Assembly (NCBI RefSeq): GCF_001447785.1
Contig: NW_015164664.1
Span: 526,274 to 590,273, forward strand
From: Gekko japonicus
Lineage: Eukaryota
Reading direction: 5' to 3'
Length of the DNA stretch: 64,000 nt
Made by a program: the position numbers and the translations under genes. The notes beneath the pieces were generated by a model, which saw only the letters and a program-made list of their open reading frames with translations, was not told the DNA's origin and did no database searches. Positions 63,081-64,000 of this stretch are shown in pieces (within the stretch, counting starts at the first letter, position 1; every line of letters begins with the position of its first letter).

Positions 63081-64000
63081 CTTGTCTCTGAAGCTTCCTT
63101 CTCAGAGATATGGGTACATCTCCAAAGCTGAGCGCTGTAATTCTATCAGCTACACGCAGGTATCTTTGTAGGCTCTGTGGGAGAAAGGAAAAATCCCTCC
63201 CCCGTCTAGCAGGACCCTTCTGGAGCGCACTTGGTGATAGTTAAGTGGCCTGTCTCTTTCCATACAAGTGTCTCGTGGCCTGCTGGAGAAGCTTGTGCAA
63301 ATAGCAAATTCCACATAACCGGTTTTCTTTTTTTTAAACTGTCTGCTCAGCTCCTGTTATCCCAGCTGCAGGTCCCCCCAGCCGCTGGCACAAGTCCTGG
63401 AAGTCCTCCGTTACGCTGCTACCTACGTTGCCCTCACCTTGGTGTTTCTGGGAAGTCCTGTGCTCTTTTCCAGGACTCTCCAGGCAAGTAAGCCACACTT
63501 TGCACTACTATCCCGGCTGCCATCCGTGTTCACGCTTGCTGCCTTCTGGAACTCCAGGATGACTGGCAGGTTTGCTGTCTTCTAATCAAAGTTCAGCACA
63601 AATCTGTAAAGATGGAGGGTAAAGGGAATAGAGGCAGTTGGGTGGTGAAAAGAACAGGGTGGCTTGGTGGGAAATTGGCGACTATTTTGATCAGCCAATA
63701 AGAAACATTTTCTGAAAGTTCCAGCTCTTCTGCATAACAGTAATCAGGAATGTGATGCACGTCATGCTGGTGTTATACCCTTCTGTCAGTTTTGGGAAAG
63801 ACAAGATATGAATACTTTGATTAATAAAGGAATAGCATTCTGTCTAGGACCAAGCCCCACTTCTGCTGGGTGGCTGACTTCGGCTCTGAACTCCAGTTTA
63901 GAGGAAGTGTGTCTACAATTACTGCTGTAATTACTGTGACCATTTCTGCAGTAGTGAATTCCCCATATTGACGTTTTTAAAACTGCTCATTATATGAAAT

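Overview
Vertebrate genomic DNA, almost certainly a squamate and probably a gecko (inferred from the repeats: Sauria SINE, CR1, L2, RTE, Penelope, 5S- and tRNA-headed SINEs, hAT MITEs). The window holds the complete coding region of neuroligin-3 (NLGN3) on the + strand. Coding exons are 15622-16099, A1 cassette 17233-17292, A2 cassette 23811-23870, 28453-28602, 30518-30703, 39171-39960 and 41363-42212. All junctions are GT-AG and phase-compatible, giving 857 aa with A1+A2 and ending in the PDZ ligand HSTTRV. The likely poly(A) signal is at 44209. A CpG-rich stretch at the left edge is probably the tail of the NLGN3 promoter island. A second CpG island at about 57150-58170 has GC boxes and a candidate first exon of an unidentified downstream gene. 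Most other ORFs in the track are chance ORFs, apart from L2, CR1 and RTE remnants. The most notable observations are: (1) a candidate third, frame-preserving splice-site-A cassette or microexon just upstream of A2; (2) a CpG-rich miniature LTR element with an 18-nt tRNA-Ser(GCU) primer-binding site; (3) a palindromic Penelope remnant with hammerhead-ribozyme core motifs on both strands; (4) a strong-context uORF in the NLGN3 5' UTR; (5) several RFX X-boxes; (6) closely spaced inverted transposon pairs. No wholly new gene system is evident. All regulatory calls are motif-level inferences made by eye.
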